A stretch of DNA of 64,000 nucleotides from Minisyncoccota bacterium. GTDB lineage: Bacteria > Patescibacteriota > Minisyncoccia > Phycocordibacterales > UBA9973. A model generated the notes under the pieces. That model searched no databases. It was not told where the DNA came from and was given only the letters and a program-made list of their open reading frames with translations. The DNA lies in NCBI GenBank assembly GCA_041658325.1, contig JBBAAI010000002.1:20409-84408 (forward strand), written 5' to 3'. Positions 8,666-18,460 of the stretch are shown here, piece by piece (the first letter of the stretch is position 1; each line of letters starts with the position of its first letter). The position numbers were made by a program, and so were the translations under genes.

Positions 8666-9751
8666 TTATTTTTCCAAGTAAATCAGCGTCATCTTTTGGT
8701 CTTTTGGTTCAAAGAAGGTTATTTGGAAATTGTATTTCTTGCCGAGCTCTAGTTTTTCGCGAAGCGCAGATTCGGAAGTGAATGTGGAATTATGTACAAG
8801 TCCAGCCATGCCTTCTTTGATGGACACAAGCGCGCCGTGTTTGTTGTATTTGATTACTACGCCTTCAATAATATCTCCTTTCTTTAGTTTGCCTTCAAAT
8901 TCTTTCCATGGATTTTCTTTAAGAGCTTTAATGGAAAGAGAAATTTTGCCATCTTTTATTTCAATCACTTTTGCTTTTACTTTATCTCCCACCTTGAACA
9001 TGTTGCGTGGATCTTCCACAAGGCCCCAATCAAGCTCAGAAATATGCACGAGTCCTTCTAACCCAGCTTCTAATTTAAGGAATACGCCGAAATCAACGAT
9101 GCCTGCAACGGTGCAATCTAAATCATCGCCAATAGTATATTTGCTCAAGATCTCCTTTTTCTCTTCAGGATTGTTGTCTTTTTCTGAGAAAATTAATTTG
9201 CCTTCTTTTGGCAGAGTGGAAATAATCATTACGGAAATTTTTTCTCCGACAAGTTTCTTTAGCTCTTTCAAAATTTTATCTTTATCAGAATCTAGAACCC
9301 TAGGATAATGATCCGTTTTGAGCTGAGACGCTGGCAAGAATCCTTGAATACCTTGCCATTCCAAAATAAGACCACCTTTGTTCGCATCTTTTACTTCCAG
9401 ATTAAGAATTACTTTTCCCTTGATTGCTTTTTCGGCTTCACTCCAAGCGAGGGCCTGTTTGGCCTCTTTAAGAGAAAGCTCTGTATAACCGTCTTCATTT
9501 TCTGTCTCAACGACTTTTGCTTTAACGATATCACCGAGACTGATTTTGTTTATTACATCTTTTGCATTAATAAATTCTCGGCCATAAATAATACCAGTAC
9601 CGAAAGGCGCCAAGTCCACATAGACGGAAGATTTTTCTACTAAAATTACCGGACCCTCTACGAGAGAATCCACGGCTGGTCTGTTTGCACTTCGTTCAAC
9701 TATAGAACCTAGTACTAAATTCTCTTCTACTACTATTTCATCTTTATTCAT
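8666..9751 (-). CDS. rpsA: 30S ribosomal protein S1 (short, four S1 domains)
   Basis: 361 aa with repeated S1 OB-fold motifs (GDxVxAKV...; GxVxxIxxxGAxVxI). Confidence 0.75.
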   Translation of the reverse strand: MNKDEIVVEENLVLGSIVERSANRPAVDSLVEGPVILVEKSSVYVDLAPFGTGIIYGREFINAKDVINKISLGDIVKAKVVETENEDGYTELSLKEAKQALAWSEAEKAIKGKVILNLEVKDANKGGLILEWQGIQGFLPASQLKTDHYPRVLDSDKDKILKELKKLVGEKISVMIISTLPKEGKLIFSEKDNNPEEKKEILSKYTIGDDLDCTVAGIVDFGVFLKLEAGLEGLVHISELDWGLVEDPRNMFKVGDKVKAKVIEIKDGKISLSIKALKENPWKEFEGKLKKGDIIEGVVIKYNKHGALVSIKEGMAGLVHNSTFTSESALREKLELGKKYNFQITFFEPKDQKMTLIYLEK

Positions 9752-9762
9752 AATTAATTAAA

Positions 9763-9784
9763 AAATCCGCTTGAAAGCGGATAT
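9763..9784 (-). terminator. Intrinsic terminator for the pilin gene (minus strand: atccgcttt-caa-gcggat plus TTTTTT)
   Basis: Hairpin atccgcttgaaagcggat with the T-tract on the minus strand, downstream of the 9904 stop. Confidence 0.6.
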
Positions 9785-9903
9785 AAGGCTTAGGTTTTCC
9801 GACAACTTGTCAGAAGGTTACCCTAAATCCAGGCTTTTAATAATAAATTAAGTTGTATGAACATACTACTACAAACTCACAAAAATGCAAATGTGGGGTT
9901 TTA

Positions 9904-10425
9904 TTATTCACCACCTCTTAAAAAATTTAAATTACCGTTTCCCCAACCACTATAAGTAGGGCTGGAGCTATTTTCTAGTCGTGTGCCGATGATATAGTTT
10001 CGTTTACTACCTGTCATACATATGGGTACAGTTGGAGTGCTGGGGCAAGGAGAGGGTTTCCATCCTCTGGCGTAGTAATATCCGTATTGTCCTTTAGTGT
10101 TGATTGGGTCGGAGGAAATACTAGCAATATATGGTTTTATATTTAAGTTTGTTAAGGCAGTATATGATCCTTCTGTTGAACACGCGGTAGGAGAAGTATC
10201 AAGAGTACCGCATAACGGGTAATCACCATTATGGTCACTTGCATAAAGTTCAATCGCTATTTGCAGTTGGCTCATATCTTCTGTTCTTTTTGCATCTCTC
10301 CCTCTGCTTCTTGCACCTTGTAGTGAAGTTAACACAATGCTGGACAGAAGACCGATAATAGCAACTACTACTAAAAGTTCTATGAGTGTGAATCCTTTTT
10401 TATTTTTTTTATATATTTTAAACAT
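9904..10425 (-). CDS. Type IV pilin-like protein (prepilin-type N-terminal cleavage/methylation domain)
   Basis: N-terminus KKGFTLIELLVVVAIIGLL is the canonical class III prepilin signal (G/FTLIE). Followed by a variable globular part with Cys residues. Confidence 0.8.
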   Translation of the reverse strand: MFKIYKKNKKGFTLIELLVVVAIIGLLSSIVLTSLQGARSRGRDAKRTEDMSQLQIAIELYASDHNGDYPLCGTLDTSPTACSTEGSYTALTNLNIKPYIASISSDPINTKGQYGYYYARGWKPSPCPSTPTVPICMTGSKRNYIIGTRLENSSSPTYSGWGNGNLNFLRGGE

Positions 10426-10426
10426 A

Positions 10427-10729
10427 CTACATATTTATAATTATTTCTGATTCAGGGACTTGAGATGAAGAATTTATTAAATTTTTACCAAAAAACAAAT
10501 ACAACGAGACGGCGATCATGATAATTACAAACCCCAGCAGAATATATTCTGCCTGTCTTTCTTCTTTAACCCCTGACCACTTCATAACCCATCCGACCAT
10601 CTTCGGAGCATCGGGAGTTTTGTTATCAACAGGAGCTTTTTTTATTTGTTCAGCGCTAGATTTCACCTCAAATTCTTCCAGTGCTTTTTTTATTTCCTCA
10701 TCCTCATTTAGATTTAAATTTTCACTCAT
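10427..10729 (-). CDS. Small membrane protein co-transcribed with the pilin gene
   Basis: Acidic N-terminal part then one TM helix (YILLGFVIIMIAVSLYLFF). Its stop abuts the pilin start. The start is taken at MSENLN; the ORF track extends to 10795. Confidence 0.4.
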   Translation of the reverse strand: MSENLNLNEDEEIKKALEEFEVKSSAEQIKKAPVDNKTPDAPKMVGWVMKWSGVKEERQAEYILLGFVIIMIAVSLYLFFGKNLINSSSQVPESEIIINM

Positions 10730-10773
10730 AAGAATATTATATAGTAACCCTTTTATATTACTACAAAACAACT

Positions 10774-11463
10774 GTGGATAACATTTTGTCTGCAAAAAAG
10801 ATGTTTTTTATTTTGTTTTTTGGTATAATGCTAATAATGATAATCACATATTTCGGCAAGCAGTTTTTTAAGATACAGCAAGGAGAAATGGTTCTCGCCT
10901 TTAATCCTGTCAGTAAAAGTTCCAAAACTGATATATCTGCTCATTTCGGTACAGATATTGCATTGATAACCACTAATCATCCTGATTACAATGGTATTGA
11001 GCAATTGTCCCATGGTGAACGGGAGCCTTTCGTTGTAAGCGGGCCTGGGGACTATGAAGTGAAGGAGATTTTTATTAAAGGAGCATTGTCTGATGCAGTT
11101 ATGGCGGGTAAAAAATATATTAATACGATGTATATGTTCTCTTTAGATAATATTAATATTGCTTTTCTTGGCGCGTTGTCAGATTCTGAACTTTCTAAAG
11201 AGTCGCGCGAAGCTTTAAATAGTCCAGACATTCTTTTTATCCCCGTTGGCGGAAAGGGTCTTTTGGATGCTAAAGGAGCAGCCAAGCTTGCTTCTTCGCT
11301 TGAACCAAAATTAATTATTCCAATGGATTATGATGAGAGCACGCTGAAGGCATTTTTAAAAGAACTAGGAGAAGAAAAAGCCGAAATGGTAGACAAACTT
11401 ACAATCAAGAGAAAAGATTTAGATAATAAAGAAGGAGAAGTGATAGTGTTACAGGCAGTTTAA
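10774..11463 (+). CDS. Membrane-anchored MBL-fold-like (Lactamase_B_3-like) hydrolase, metal motif degenerate
   Basis: N-terminal TM helix. The segment ALITTNHPDY...DILFIPVGG...LIIPMDYD resembles beta-lactamase-fold proteins, but the HxHxDH motif is not intact. Confidence 0.35.
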   Translation: MDNILSAKKMFFILFFGIMLIMIITYFGKQFFKIQQGEMVLAFNPVSKSSKTDISAHFGTDIALITTNHPDYNGIEQLSHGEREPFVVSGPGDYEVKEIFIKGALSDAVMAGKKYINTMYMFSLDNINIAFLGALSDSELSKESREALNSPDILFIPVGGKGLLDAKGAAKLASSLEPKLIIPMDYDESTLKAFLKELGEEKAEMVDKLTIKRKDLDNKEGEVIVLQAV

Positions 11464-11476
11464 ATTATATAAAATT

Positions 11477-11707
11477 ATGAAAAAAATAATTCACAGCATT
11501 AGGAAACAACCAGAAGAAGTTCGCAGACATATTTTGCATATTTTTGTTTTAGTATTTGCTGTTATTTTACTTTTATTGTGGGTTTATTCATTAGGGAATA
11601 CTTTAACAAGTTCAGATACTCAATCAAAATTTAATCAAGAGTTAAAACCCCTTTCTGCGTTAAAAGATAATATGATAGGCGGTTACAATAGTATAACAGG
11701 ACAATAA
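11477..11707 (+). CDS. Small hypothetical membrane protein
   Basis: 76 aa with a single TM helix (ILHIFVLVFAVILLLLWVY). Confidence 0.3.
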   Translation: MKKIIHSIRKQPEEVRRHILHIFVLVFAVILLLLWVYSLGNTLTSSDTQSKFNQELKPLSALKDNMIGGYNSITGQ

Positions 11708-11734
11708 TAATTTTCCCGCCAGAGGCGGACAAGT

Positions 11735-14197
11735 ATGGCAAAAAAATCATCAGAATTAAATGAAGAAGTAATACGAAACGATACAATTCTGCCAGTTGAT
11801 GTGGTGGCAGAGATGAAAGAGTCTTATCTGGCTTATGCAATGTCGGTTATCACTTCACGCGCCTTGCCGGATGTTCGAGACGGGCTAAAACCAGTGCACA
11901 GGAGAATTCTTTTTGCGATGAATGAAATGGGCCTTTCTTCTTCTGCTCGTTTTAGAAAATCAGCTGCAATTGTCGGAGATGTGCTAGGAAAGTATCATCC
12001 ACACGGAGATACAGCCGTTTATGATTCTATGGTTGGAATGGCGCAAGAATTTTCCTATCGCTATCCACTTGTTTTGGGACAAGGGAATTTCGGTTCTATC
12101 GATGGTGACAACGCTGCTGCAATGCGTTATACCGAAGCAAAAATGTCTAAAATCTCAAGCGAATTATTGCGAGATTTAGAAAAAGAAACGGTTGATTTTC
12201 GTCCAAACTATGATCAGACTCGCAAGGAACCGATTGTTTTTCCGTCTGCTGTTCCAGCGCTACTTTTAAATGGTACTCTCGGTATTGCTGTCGGGATGGC
12301 GACGAATATTCCTTCACACAACTTGGCAGAAGTTTTAGATGCGACTAATTATTTAATTGAAAATGACGATGCTACGACGGAAGATCTAATGCAATTTATT
12401 AAGGGACCAGATTTTCCTACAGGTGGAATTGCTTTTGGTTCTAAAGATATGCTTCATGCATATTCTTCTGGACGAGGTGGAGTAGTGTGTCGAGGCGAAG
12501 CAGAAATAGTAGAGCAAAAAGATGGAAACTTTTCTATTATTATTACCTCGATTCCTTTCCGGGTAAATAAATCCAATTTAATAGTAAGTATTGCGGAGTT
12601 AGTTCAAGAGAAAAAATTGGAAGGGATAAAAGGACTTCGTGATGAATCTACTAAAGATATTCGTATTGTTGTTGACTTGAAACCGAGTGCGCATCCAGAA
12701 AAAGTTTTAAATTATATTTACAAAAATACTCAGCTTGAATCAAATTTTAATTTCAACATGGTGGCCTTAGTTGACGGTGTCCCGCAAACTCTATCTCTCA
12801 AATCTATACTTGCTGAATTTATTGGACATAGAAAAGAAGTCGTGAAGCGTAGGTCTGTATATGACCTAAGAAGGGCAGAAGAACGTGAACATATCTTGTT
12901 AGGGCTGAAAAAAGCATTGGATAAAATAGATCGTGTTATCTCTGTTATTCGTGGATCAAAAAATTCCCAAATTGCTAAAGTAAATTTAATGAAAGAATTT
13001 AAATTTTCGGATTTACAGGCGACGGCTATTTTGGAAATGAAATTGGCAAAACTCGCCGGACTTGAACGAAAAGCGGTGGAAGATGAGCTTGCTGAGAAAC
13101 AAAAATTTATTTCAGAGATAAAAGAATTGTTGGCCAGCCCTAAAAAAATCCTTAAAACTATTGCAGAAGAATTAAAGGAAATTCGTGAAAAATATGCCGA
13201 TGAACGAAGAACTAAAATTGTAAAAGGTGGGGTAAAAGAAATTTCTGACGAAGACTTGGTTCCAGAAAAAGATACGATGCTTGTGCTCACGGCTGGTGGA
13301 TATGTAAAATGCACAGATCCCTCTGAGTATCATACACAAAAGAGGGGAGGCGTAGGGGTTATTGATCTAGAAACAAAAGAAGAAGATTTTGTAACAATGC
13401 TTGTTTCTGGCTCTACTCACAGCAACTTACTTTTCTTCACAAATCTAGGAAAAGTTTATCAAATGAAAATGTATGACATTCCAGAAGGTCGCAGGGCGAC
13501 TAAGGGGAAATCCATTATGAATTTCTTGGCACTTTCTGGCGAGGAAAAAGTAAACTCAATTCTTGCAATGCCGAAAGATTTGGGCAAGACATCTTCTTCA
13601 CTTATGTTAGTTACAAAACATGGAACAGCTAAAAAAATGTCTGGAGAGAGTTTTAAAGATGTGCGTCGAAGTGGAATCATCGCCATTCGTTTAGATAAAG
13701 ATGATCAACTTATTTCCGCGTTAGTAACAGAAAAAGGTGATGAAGTTATGATTGCGACAGCGGGAGGCCAATCTATCCGATTTAAAGAATCTGATGTGAG
13801 GGAAATGGGAAGAACTGCTGGAGGGGTGAGTGGTATCAGACTGGGGAAGAATGATGAAGTTATCGGTGTTGATGTTATAAAAAAAATAGGAGAGAAGGGT
13901 TCGTTCCTTACAATGAGCGCAAATGGTTTTGGTAAAAAAACAAATATAAAAGAATATAAAGTTCAGAAACGTGGCGGTTCGGGTGTGAAGACAGCAAAAG
14001 TGACCCCTAAAACTGGTAAACTTATTGTAGCAAAAGTTCTAACAGGAGAAGAAGCAGAATTAATCGCAATGTCTAAAAAGGGACAGGTGATAAGGACGGC
14101 ATTAAAAGATATTTCATCTTTGGGACGTCAAACACAAGGGGTAACTATTATGCGTTTGCGTGGAGGAGATGGTATTGCGTCGTTGGCTTGTATATAA
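11735..14197 (+). CDS. gyrA: DNA gyrase subunit A
   Basis: Active-site region [10 protein letters not shown] (catalytic Tyr). GyrA-box-like QKRGGVG and C-terminal beta-pinwheel repeats. 820 aa. Confidence 0.9.
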   Translation: MAKKSSELNEEVIRNDTILPVDVVAEMKESYLAYAMSVITSRALPDVRDGLKPVHRRILFAMNEMGLSSSARFRKSAAIVGDVLGKYHPHGDTAVYDSMVGMAQEFSYRYPLVLGQGNFGSIDGDNAAAMRYTEAKMSKISSELLRDLEKETVDFRPNYDQTRKEPIVFPSAVPALLLNGTLGIAVGMATNIPSHNLAEVLDATNYLIENDDATTEDLMQFIKGPDFPTGGIAFGSKDMLHAYSSGRGGVVCRGEAEIVEQKDGNFSIIITSIPFRVNKSNLIVSIAELVQEKKLEGIKGLRDESTKDIRIVVDLKPSAHPEKVLNYIYKNTQLESNFNFNMVALVDGVPQTLSLKSILAEFIGHRKEVVKRRSVYDLRRAEEREHILLGLKKALDKIDRVISVIRGSKNSQIAKVNLMKEFKFSDLQATAILEMKLAKLAGLERKAVEDELAEKQKFISEIKELLASPKKILKTIAEELKEIREKYADERRTKIVKGGVKEISDEDLVPEKDTMLVLTAGGYVKCTDPSEYHTQKRGGVGVIDLETKEEDFVTMLVSGSTHSNLLFFTNLGKVYQMKMYDIPEGRRATKGKSIMNFLALSGEEKVNSILAMPKDLGKTSSSLMLVTKHGTAKKMSGESFKDVRRSGIIAIRLDKDDQLISALVTEKGDEVMIATAGGQSIRFKESDVREMGRTAGGVSGIRLGKNDEVIGVDVIKKIGEKGSFLTMSANGFGKKTNIKEYKVQKRGGSGVKTAKVTPKTGKLIVAKVLTGEEAELIAMSKKGQVIRTALKDISSLGRQTQGVTIMRLRGGDGIASLACI

Positions 14198-14204
14198 TAT
14201 ATAG

Positions 14205-14720
14205 ATGTTCTCTGACCCATTAAAAAATTTAAAAACTTTTGGATTAAGAGAAGACAATGTTGTCGTTGATTTAGGTGCGGGAACTGGATATTATTCTATT
14301 GTGGCAGGATCCCTTGCTACTAAGGGAAAGGTATATGCGGTTGAATTACAAAAAGATTTTTTAGATACGATTAAAAGCAGGGTATCGGAAGCTCATTTAA
14401 ATAATGTTGAAATTATTTGGGGAAATGTTGAAAAAATTGGAGGAACAAAAATAGGGGATGGCATTGCAGATGTTGTCGTTGCTTCTAACATACTTTTTCA
14501 AATCGAAGACAGAGATAAATTTATCGAAGAGGCAAAAAGAATATTAAAACAGAAGGGAAGAGTTCTGTTGATTGATTGGTCTGAATCATCGATCATGCAA
14601 GGAACTAATATTATTTCAAAAGATAAAGCGCGGATAATGTTTGAGAAGAAAGGTTTTATTTTAGAAAGAGAAATTAATGCAGGAGATTACCATTATGGTA
14701 TGATATTAATTAAGAGTTAA
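14205..14720 (+). CDS. Class I SAM-dependent methyltransferase
   Basis: Motif I VDLGAGTGYYS and a post-I acidic residue pattern. Confidence 0.65.
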   Translation: MFSDPLKNLKTFGLREDNVVVDLGAGTGYYSIVAGSLATKGKVYAVELQKDFLDTIKSRVSEAHLNNVEIIWGNVEKIGGTKIGDGIADVVVASNILFQIEDRDKFIEEAKRILKQKGRVLLIDWSESSIMQGTNIISKDKARIMFEKKGFILEREINAGDYHYGMILIKS

Positions 14721-14726
14721 TTTAGG

Positions 14727-16013
14727 ATGAAAGGAAATTTTCAAATCATAATTTTAATTGTTTTTATTGTCGCTGCCATTTTTGGTGTTTTAGTCTTTTC
14801 TGGCGCAATCCCGATCGGAAAGACTGAGGGTAGTCTCGGTACTGTTGTTTTATGGGGGACGGCACCCTCTATTACTATATCTTCTGCGCTAAAAGATTTT
14901 AACGAAGCTAATAAGACTTTCAAGGTTAATTATGTAGAAAAATCTGCAGAAACCTTTGATCAAGATTTGCTCGAAGCTTTAGCCACAGGTGTAGGGCCTG
15001 ATATGTTTTTCTTACCTGACAATCTTACTTATCATTATTCTAATAAAATTTTTACTGTTCCTTATACTAGTTATCCATTAGCCACTTTTAAAAATGTTTT
15101 TGCTGGTGCCGGAGAAGTGTTTTTAAATGAAAAAGGTATTTTAGCTTTTCCGATAGCGATTGATCCACTTATGATGTATTACAGTAGAAGTATTCTTGAT
15201 GCGAATGGGATCGTTTATCCTCCGGCTTATTGGAATGACCTGGTAGAAATGGTGCCTACTCTTACTAAAAAAGATGATACAAATAAAATAATAAAAAGTG
15301 CAGTGGCCCTCGGGCATTTTTCGAATGTAGCGCATGCCAAAGACATACTCGCTACTCTTTTTTTACAAGCAGGTAATCCTATCATTACGACAAAAGACGG
15401 AGTTCTTGTTTCAACCTTAGGTTCAGTAGTTGGAAATTACAATCTTCCTTCAATTTTAAAATTTTTTACTGATTTTGCGGATCCCAACAACGCTGTATAT
15501 TCTTGGAATAAATCATTCCCAAATTCCAATGACGCTTTTTCTAAAGAAGATTTAGCGTTTTATTTTGGTTATGCGAGCGAACTTAAATCTTTGGTAAATA
15601 AAAATCCTAATCAAAATTTTTTCGTTGCGGGAATGCCTCAGATAAAGAATGCTAATTTTAAATCAACGGGGGCTCGAGTGATAGGCTTAGCCATATCATC
15701 TTCTTCCAAGAATACTAATACTGCTTTTATCGCAGCGAATTTGATGGTAACTAGCGATTTTGCTTCAAAGTTTGCTTTAGTCTCGGGAGTAGCGCCAGCA
15801 CGGAGAGATCTACTGGCTATTAAACCGGGGGATGCTTCTTCTCCAATTTTTTATAGTTCTGCATTATATGCTAAAGGTTGGCTTGATCCATCACCGAAAG
15901 ATACAGACAATATTTTCAGTAGTATGGTTAATGCCGTGCTTTCCAATAATATGTCAGTAGGAGATGCAATTAAAGACGCAAGTTCTAAACTAAGTCTTTT
16001 ATTATTAAAATAA
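14727..16013 (+). CDS. Membrane-anchored extracellular solute-binding protein-like (ABC substrate-binding, family 1-like)
   Basis: N-terminal signal anchor, about 400 aa of mixed alpha/beta. Resembles sugar-type substrate-binding proteins. Weak. Confidence 0.35.
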   Translation: MKGNFQIIILIVFIVAAIFGVLVFSGAIPIGKTEGSLGTVVLWGTAPSITISSALKDFNEANKTFKVNYVEKSAETFDQDLLEALATGVGPDMFFLPDNLTYHYSNKIFTVPYTSYPLATFKNVFAGAGEVFLNEKGILAFPIAIDPLMMYYSRSILDANGIVYPPAYWNDLVEMVPTLTKKDDTNKIIKSAVALGHFSNVAHAKDILATLFLQAGNPIITTKDGVLVSTLGSVVGNYNLPSILKFFTDFADPNNAVYSWNKSFPNSNDAFSKEDLAFYFGYASELKSLVNKNPNQNFFVAGMPQIKNANFKSTGARVIGLAISSSSKNTNTAFIAANLMVTSDFASKFALVSGVAPARRDLLAIKPGDASSPIFYSSALYAKGWLDPSPKDTDNIFSSMVNAVLSNNMSVGDAIKDASSKLSLLLLK

Positions 16014-16017
16014 AATT

Positions 16018-16443
16018 ATGAAAAAAATCTCAAAATTTTTAATACCTAGTTTAATATTTGTTTCATTATTTCTAATGCTTATAATGCCAGTTTTTTCTTT
16101 TGCGCAAGACGATTCACAATCAGATGGTTTGGTTCCGTGCGGTAGATCAGACGCTAGTGGAAATATCGCTAATCCCTGCGATTTTAATGATATTATGGCA
16201 CTAATCAATAAAGTGATTCACTTTATTCTTTATTTTATGGTCATACCTATCGCAGCGATAATGTTCGCTTATGCTGGCGTTCTTTTGATTACAGCAGGCG
16301 GAGAGGTTGCGCACGCTAGGACAAAAGCAAAATCTATTTTCATTAATGTTCTCATTGGTTTGATTATCGCCATGGCTGCTTTTCTTATCATTAGGACAAT
16401 ATTATCAATTTTAGGTTATGAGGGTGGTTGGATTGGTTTTTAA
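16018..16443 (+). CDS. T4SS pilin-like protein (TrbC/VirB2-like architecture), paralog 1
   Basis: Signal peptide ending FSFAQ, a Cys-x12-Cys pair, then two hydrophobic helices separated by a short charged loop (GGEVAHARTKAKS), ending with a short tail. Confidence 0.6.
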   Translation: MKKISKFLIPSLIFVSLFLMLIMPVFSFAQDDSQSDGLVPCGRSDASGNIANPCDFNDIMALINKVIHFILYFMVIPIAAIMFAYAGVLLITAGGEVAHARTKAKSIFINVLIGLIIAMAAFLIIRTILSILGYEGGWIGF

Positions 16444-16457
16444 TATAAGATATAATA

Positions 16458-16844
16458 ATGAATATGAAATTTTTTAAGAATAATTGGTATAAGTTAGCCT
16501 TATTACTTCATGCGTTTTTAATTCCTGTTATTTCTTTAGCTCAAGTCACTGGAGGTCCTCCTGTTTCTCCTCCCAGTACGGGCGGAAAACTTGTTAATCC
16601 AATAAACATCGATTCAATTCCAGGTCTCATTCAAACTATCCTAGAAGGACTGCTAAAGATAGGTATACCCATCGTGGCCCTCGCTATCGTTTATTGTGGT
16701 TTCCTTTTTGTTTTCGCTAGAGGCAATTCAGAAAAATTAAGCAAGGCAAAAGAAGCTCTTCTCTACACATTGATCGGGGCAGCAATATTATTAGGATCCT
16801 GGGCTATCGCAAAAATGATATCAGCTACAGTATTAGCATTATAA
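16458..16844 (+). CDS. T4SS pilin-like protein, paralog 2 (divergent)
   Basis: Signal peptide ending SLAQ, Pro/Gly-rich linker, then two hydrophobic helices separated by ARGNSEKLSKAKE. No Cys pair. Confidence 0.5.
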   Translation: MNMKFFKNNWYKLALLLHAFLIPVISLAQVTGGPPVSPPSTGGKLVNPINIDSIPGLIQTILEGLLKIGIPIVALAIVYCGFLFVFARGNSEKLSKAKEALLYTLIGAAILLGSWAIAKMISATVLAL

Positions 16845-16858
16845 ATAATATTAATAAT

Positions 16859-17536
16859 ATGAAAAAATTATTTAAATTTATTCCAATACTTTTCTTAACA
16901 ATGTTTTTTCCTTTTGTTTCTTTTGCCGCGATCGGAGACTGCACTGGTACAGGTATAGGAAAATTGATATGTCAGGCGCAACAAATTCTTAATTCTATTA
17001 TTCCAGTTTTGATCACTCTGGGTGTAGTCTTTTTTGTTTGGGGAGTGGTGATGTATGTTATTGCTGACGGCGAAGAAGCGAAAAAGAAAGGGAAGGATAG
17101 AATAATTTATGGTGTCATTGGTTTTACGGTTATTGTTGGTTTGTGGGGACTTGTAAATATCGTTGTTGCTACTTTTGGTCTTGAGGGAGCTACTGCGCCC
17201 ACCCTTGCGCCGATAACAGGAACTGGCGCTACTTGTAGCCTTGAAGGTAGTCCAAAATTTCAAGACCTTTTATGCTATGTTACCAAGATCATTAATGATT
17301 CAGTGATTCCTTTGATTTTTGCTTTAGCTACGGTTATGTTTGTGTGGGGGGTGGTGCAATTTTTCATACTTAATGCAGACGAAGAAGCAAAGAGAGCTCA
17401 GGGTAAACAATTTATGATTTGGGGAATTGTCGCTTTGGCTGTAATGCTGTCTGTATGGGGTTTAGTAGGAATACTCGGTAGTACCTTTGGTATTGATAGA
17501 TCTGTGCTTCCACAAGTTAAACCACCAGAAAATTAG
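16859..17536 (+). CDS. T4SS pilin-like protein, paralog 3 (internal tandem duplication, two pilin-like domains)
   Basis: Signal peptide, then two copies of Cys...Cys - helix - DGEEAKKKGK or ADEEAKRAQGK loop - helix - TFGL/TFGID. Confidence 0.6.
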   Translation: MKKLFKFIPILFLTMFFPFVSFAAIGDCTGTGIGKLICQAQQILNSIIPVLITLGVVFFVWGVVMYVIADGEEAKKKGKDRIIYGVIGFTVIVGLWGLVNIVVATFGLEGATAPTLAPITGTGATCSLEGSPKFQDLLCYVTKIINDSVIPLIFALATVMFVWGVVQFFILNADEEAKRAQGKQFMIWGIVALAVMLSVWGLVGILGSTFGIDRSVLPQVKPPEN

Positions 17537-17644
17537 CGCATAAATATGCTTATGATATAATTAGAAAACATTATTAGTTTATTATTATAAGGTCGCCTTT
17601 CCGCTTTTGGCGGAAAAATTATTAGAAAATTAATCGTTTAAATT

Positions 17645-18037
17645 ATGAAAAAGAAATTAGTCGTGTTGTCAGGTTTTGTTTTAGGTTTAGCCCCTGTTGT
17701 CGCGTTAGCACAAGCCGGCAATATCGGTGGTGGTACTAGATGTCAGCCTGGTCCTATTAGGGATTTAGGAGGAATGTTGTGTAAGATTGGGGATCTTCTA
17801 AACGCTGTTGTTCCTATTTTGATCGCCTTGGGAGTGGTTTATTTTATCTGGGGAGTTGTCACTTATGTTATCTCTAGTGACGAAGAAGCAAAAAAAGCCG
17901 GAAGAAATAGAATTATTTACGGTATCATTGGTTTGGCTGTCATCGTTGGTTTGTGGGGACTTGTAAGAATCCTTCAAAATACTTTCGGAATTGATAACGC
18001 TGGTCAAAACATCACTTATCCAACTACACCTTATTAA
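17645..18037 (+). CDS. T4SS pilin-like protein, paralog 4
   Basis: Signal peptide ending ALAQ, then CQPGPIRDLGGMLC, a helix, SDEEAKKAGRNR, a helix and TFGIDNAG. About 60% identical to domain 1 of paralog 3. Confidence 0.6.
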   Translation: MKKKLVVLSGFVLGLAPVVALAQAGNIGGGTRCQPGPIRDLGGMLCKIGDLLNAVVPILIALGVVYFIWGVVTYVISSDEEAKKAGRNRIIYGIIGLAVIVGLWGLVRILQNTFGIDNAGQNITYPTTPY

Positions 18038-18048
18038 TCTCTAGGAGT

Positions 18049-18384
18049 ATGGATTTATTTTCTACCAAAATAGCTTCTGCGGCGAGTACAAGTCTTAACG
18101 GATTTATAGCGAACGTTGACTCAATGATTATAAATCCACTTATCGGACTTCTATTTGCTTTGGCGGTCGTGTATTTTCTTTATGGTGTTTTTGAGTTCAT
18201 TATGAACCAAGAAAATGAAGAGAAAAAAACAACCGGTAAAAGTCATATGATTTGGGGAATTGTCGGTATTACGATAATGATGGGAGTGTTTATGATTATG
18301 AATATGCTTTTAAATACTCTCGGTATTACTGATATAGAAATAGATTCATCAACTGGGGAAAATTCAGTGAAATTAAATCCCTAA
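18049..18384 (+). CDS. T4SS pilin-like protein, paralog 5 (no obvious cleavable signal)
   Basis: Same helix - NQENEEKKTTGKS - helix - TLGITD core as paralogs 1-4, without Cys pair or typical signal peptide. Confidence 0.5.
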   Translation: MDLFSTKIASAASTSLNGFIANVDSMIINPLIGLLFALAVVYFLYGVFEFIMNQENEEKKTTGKSHMIWGIVGITIMMGVFMIMNMLLNTLGITDIEIDSSTGENSVKLNP

Positions 18385-18420
18385 AGTATATATAAAGAAA
18401 ATTGAAGATAAATATTAAAA

Positions 18421-18446
18421 GGGCGACCCATTGGGTCGCCCTTTTG
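18421..18446. terminator. Intrinsic terminator (gggcgaccc-att-gggtcgccc plus TTTTG)
   Basis: Perfect 9-bp GC stem with a T-tract. Separates the pilin-like array from the convergent GC-rich island. Confidence 0.7.
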
Positions 18447-18460
18447 CGTGGCCAGCGCGA

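Noticed and set aside
8730-9643. Plus-strand ORFs of 192 aa and 111 aa inside rpsA, and similar antisense ORFs inside secA, gyrA (12730..13314), infB (22299..22799), clpB (28828..29604), dnaK (51226..51744) and others
   Set aside because: All are antisense to strongly supported conserved genes, have low-complexity Ser/Phe/Leu-rich translations, and lack any start-site signals.
11735-14197. Possibility that the 820-aa topoisomerase is ParC rather than GyrA
   Set aside because: A GyrA-box-like QKRGGVG heptad is present at the start of the C-terminal domain, which is characteristic of GyrA. No adjacent gyrB or parE is present to help, so gyrA is kept but not at full certainty.
17597-17621. Hairpin ttccgc-ttttg-gcggaa between pilin-like paralogs 3 and 4 as a terminator
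   Set aside because: A 6-bp stem with no downstream T-tract on either strand. It is more likely an incidental or attenuating structure than a terminator.
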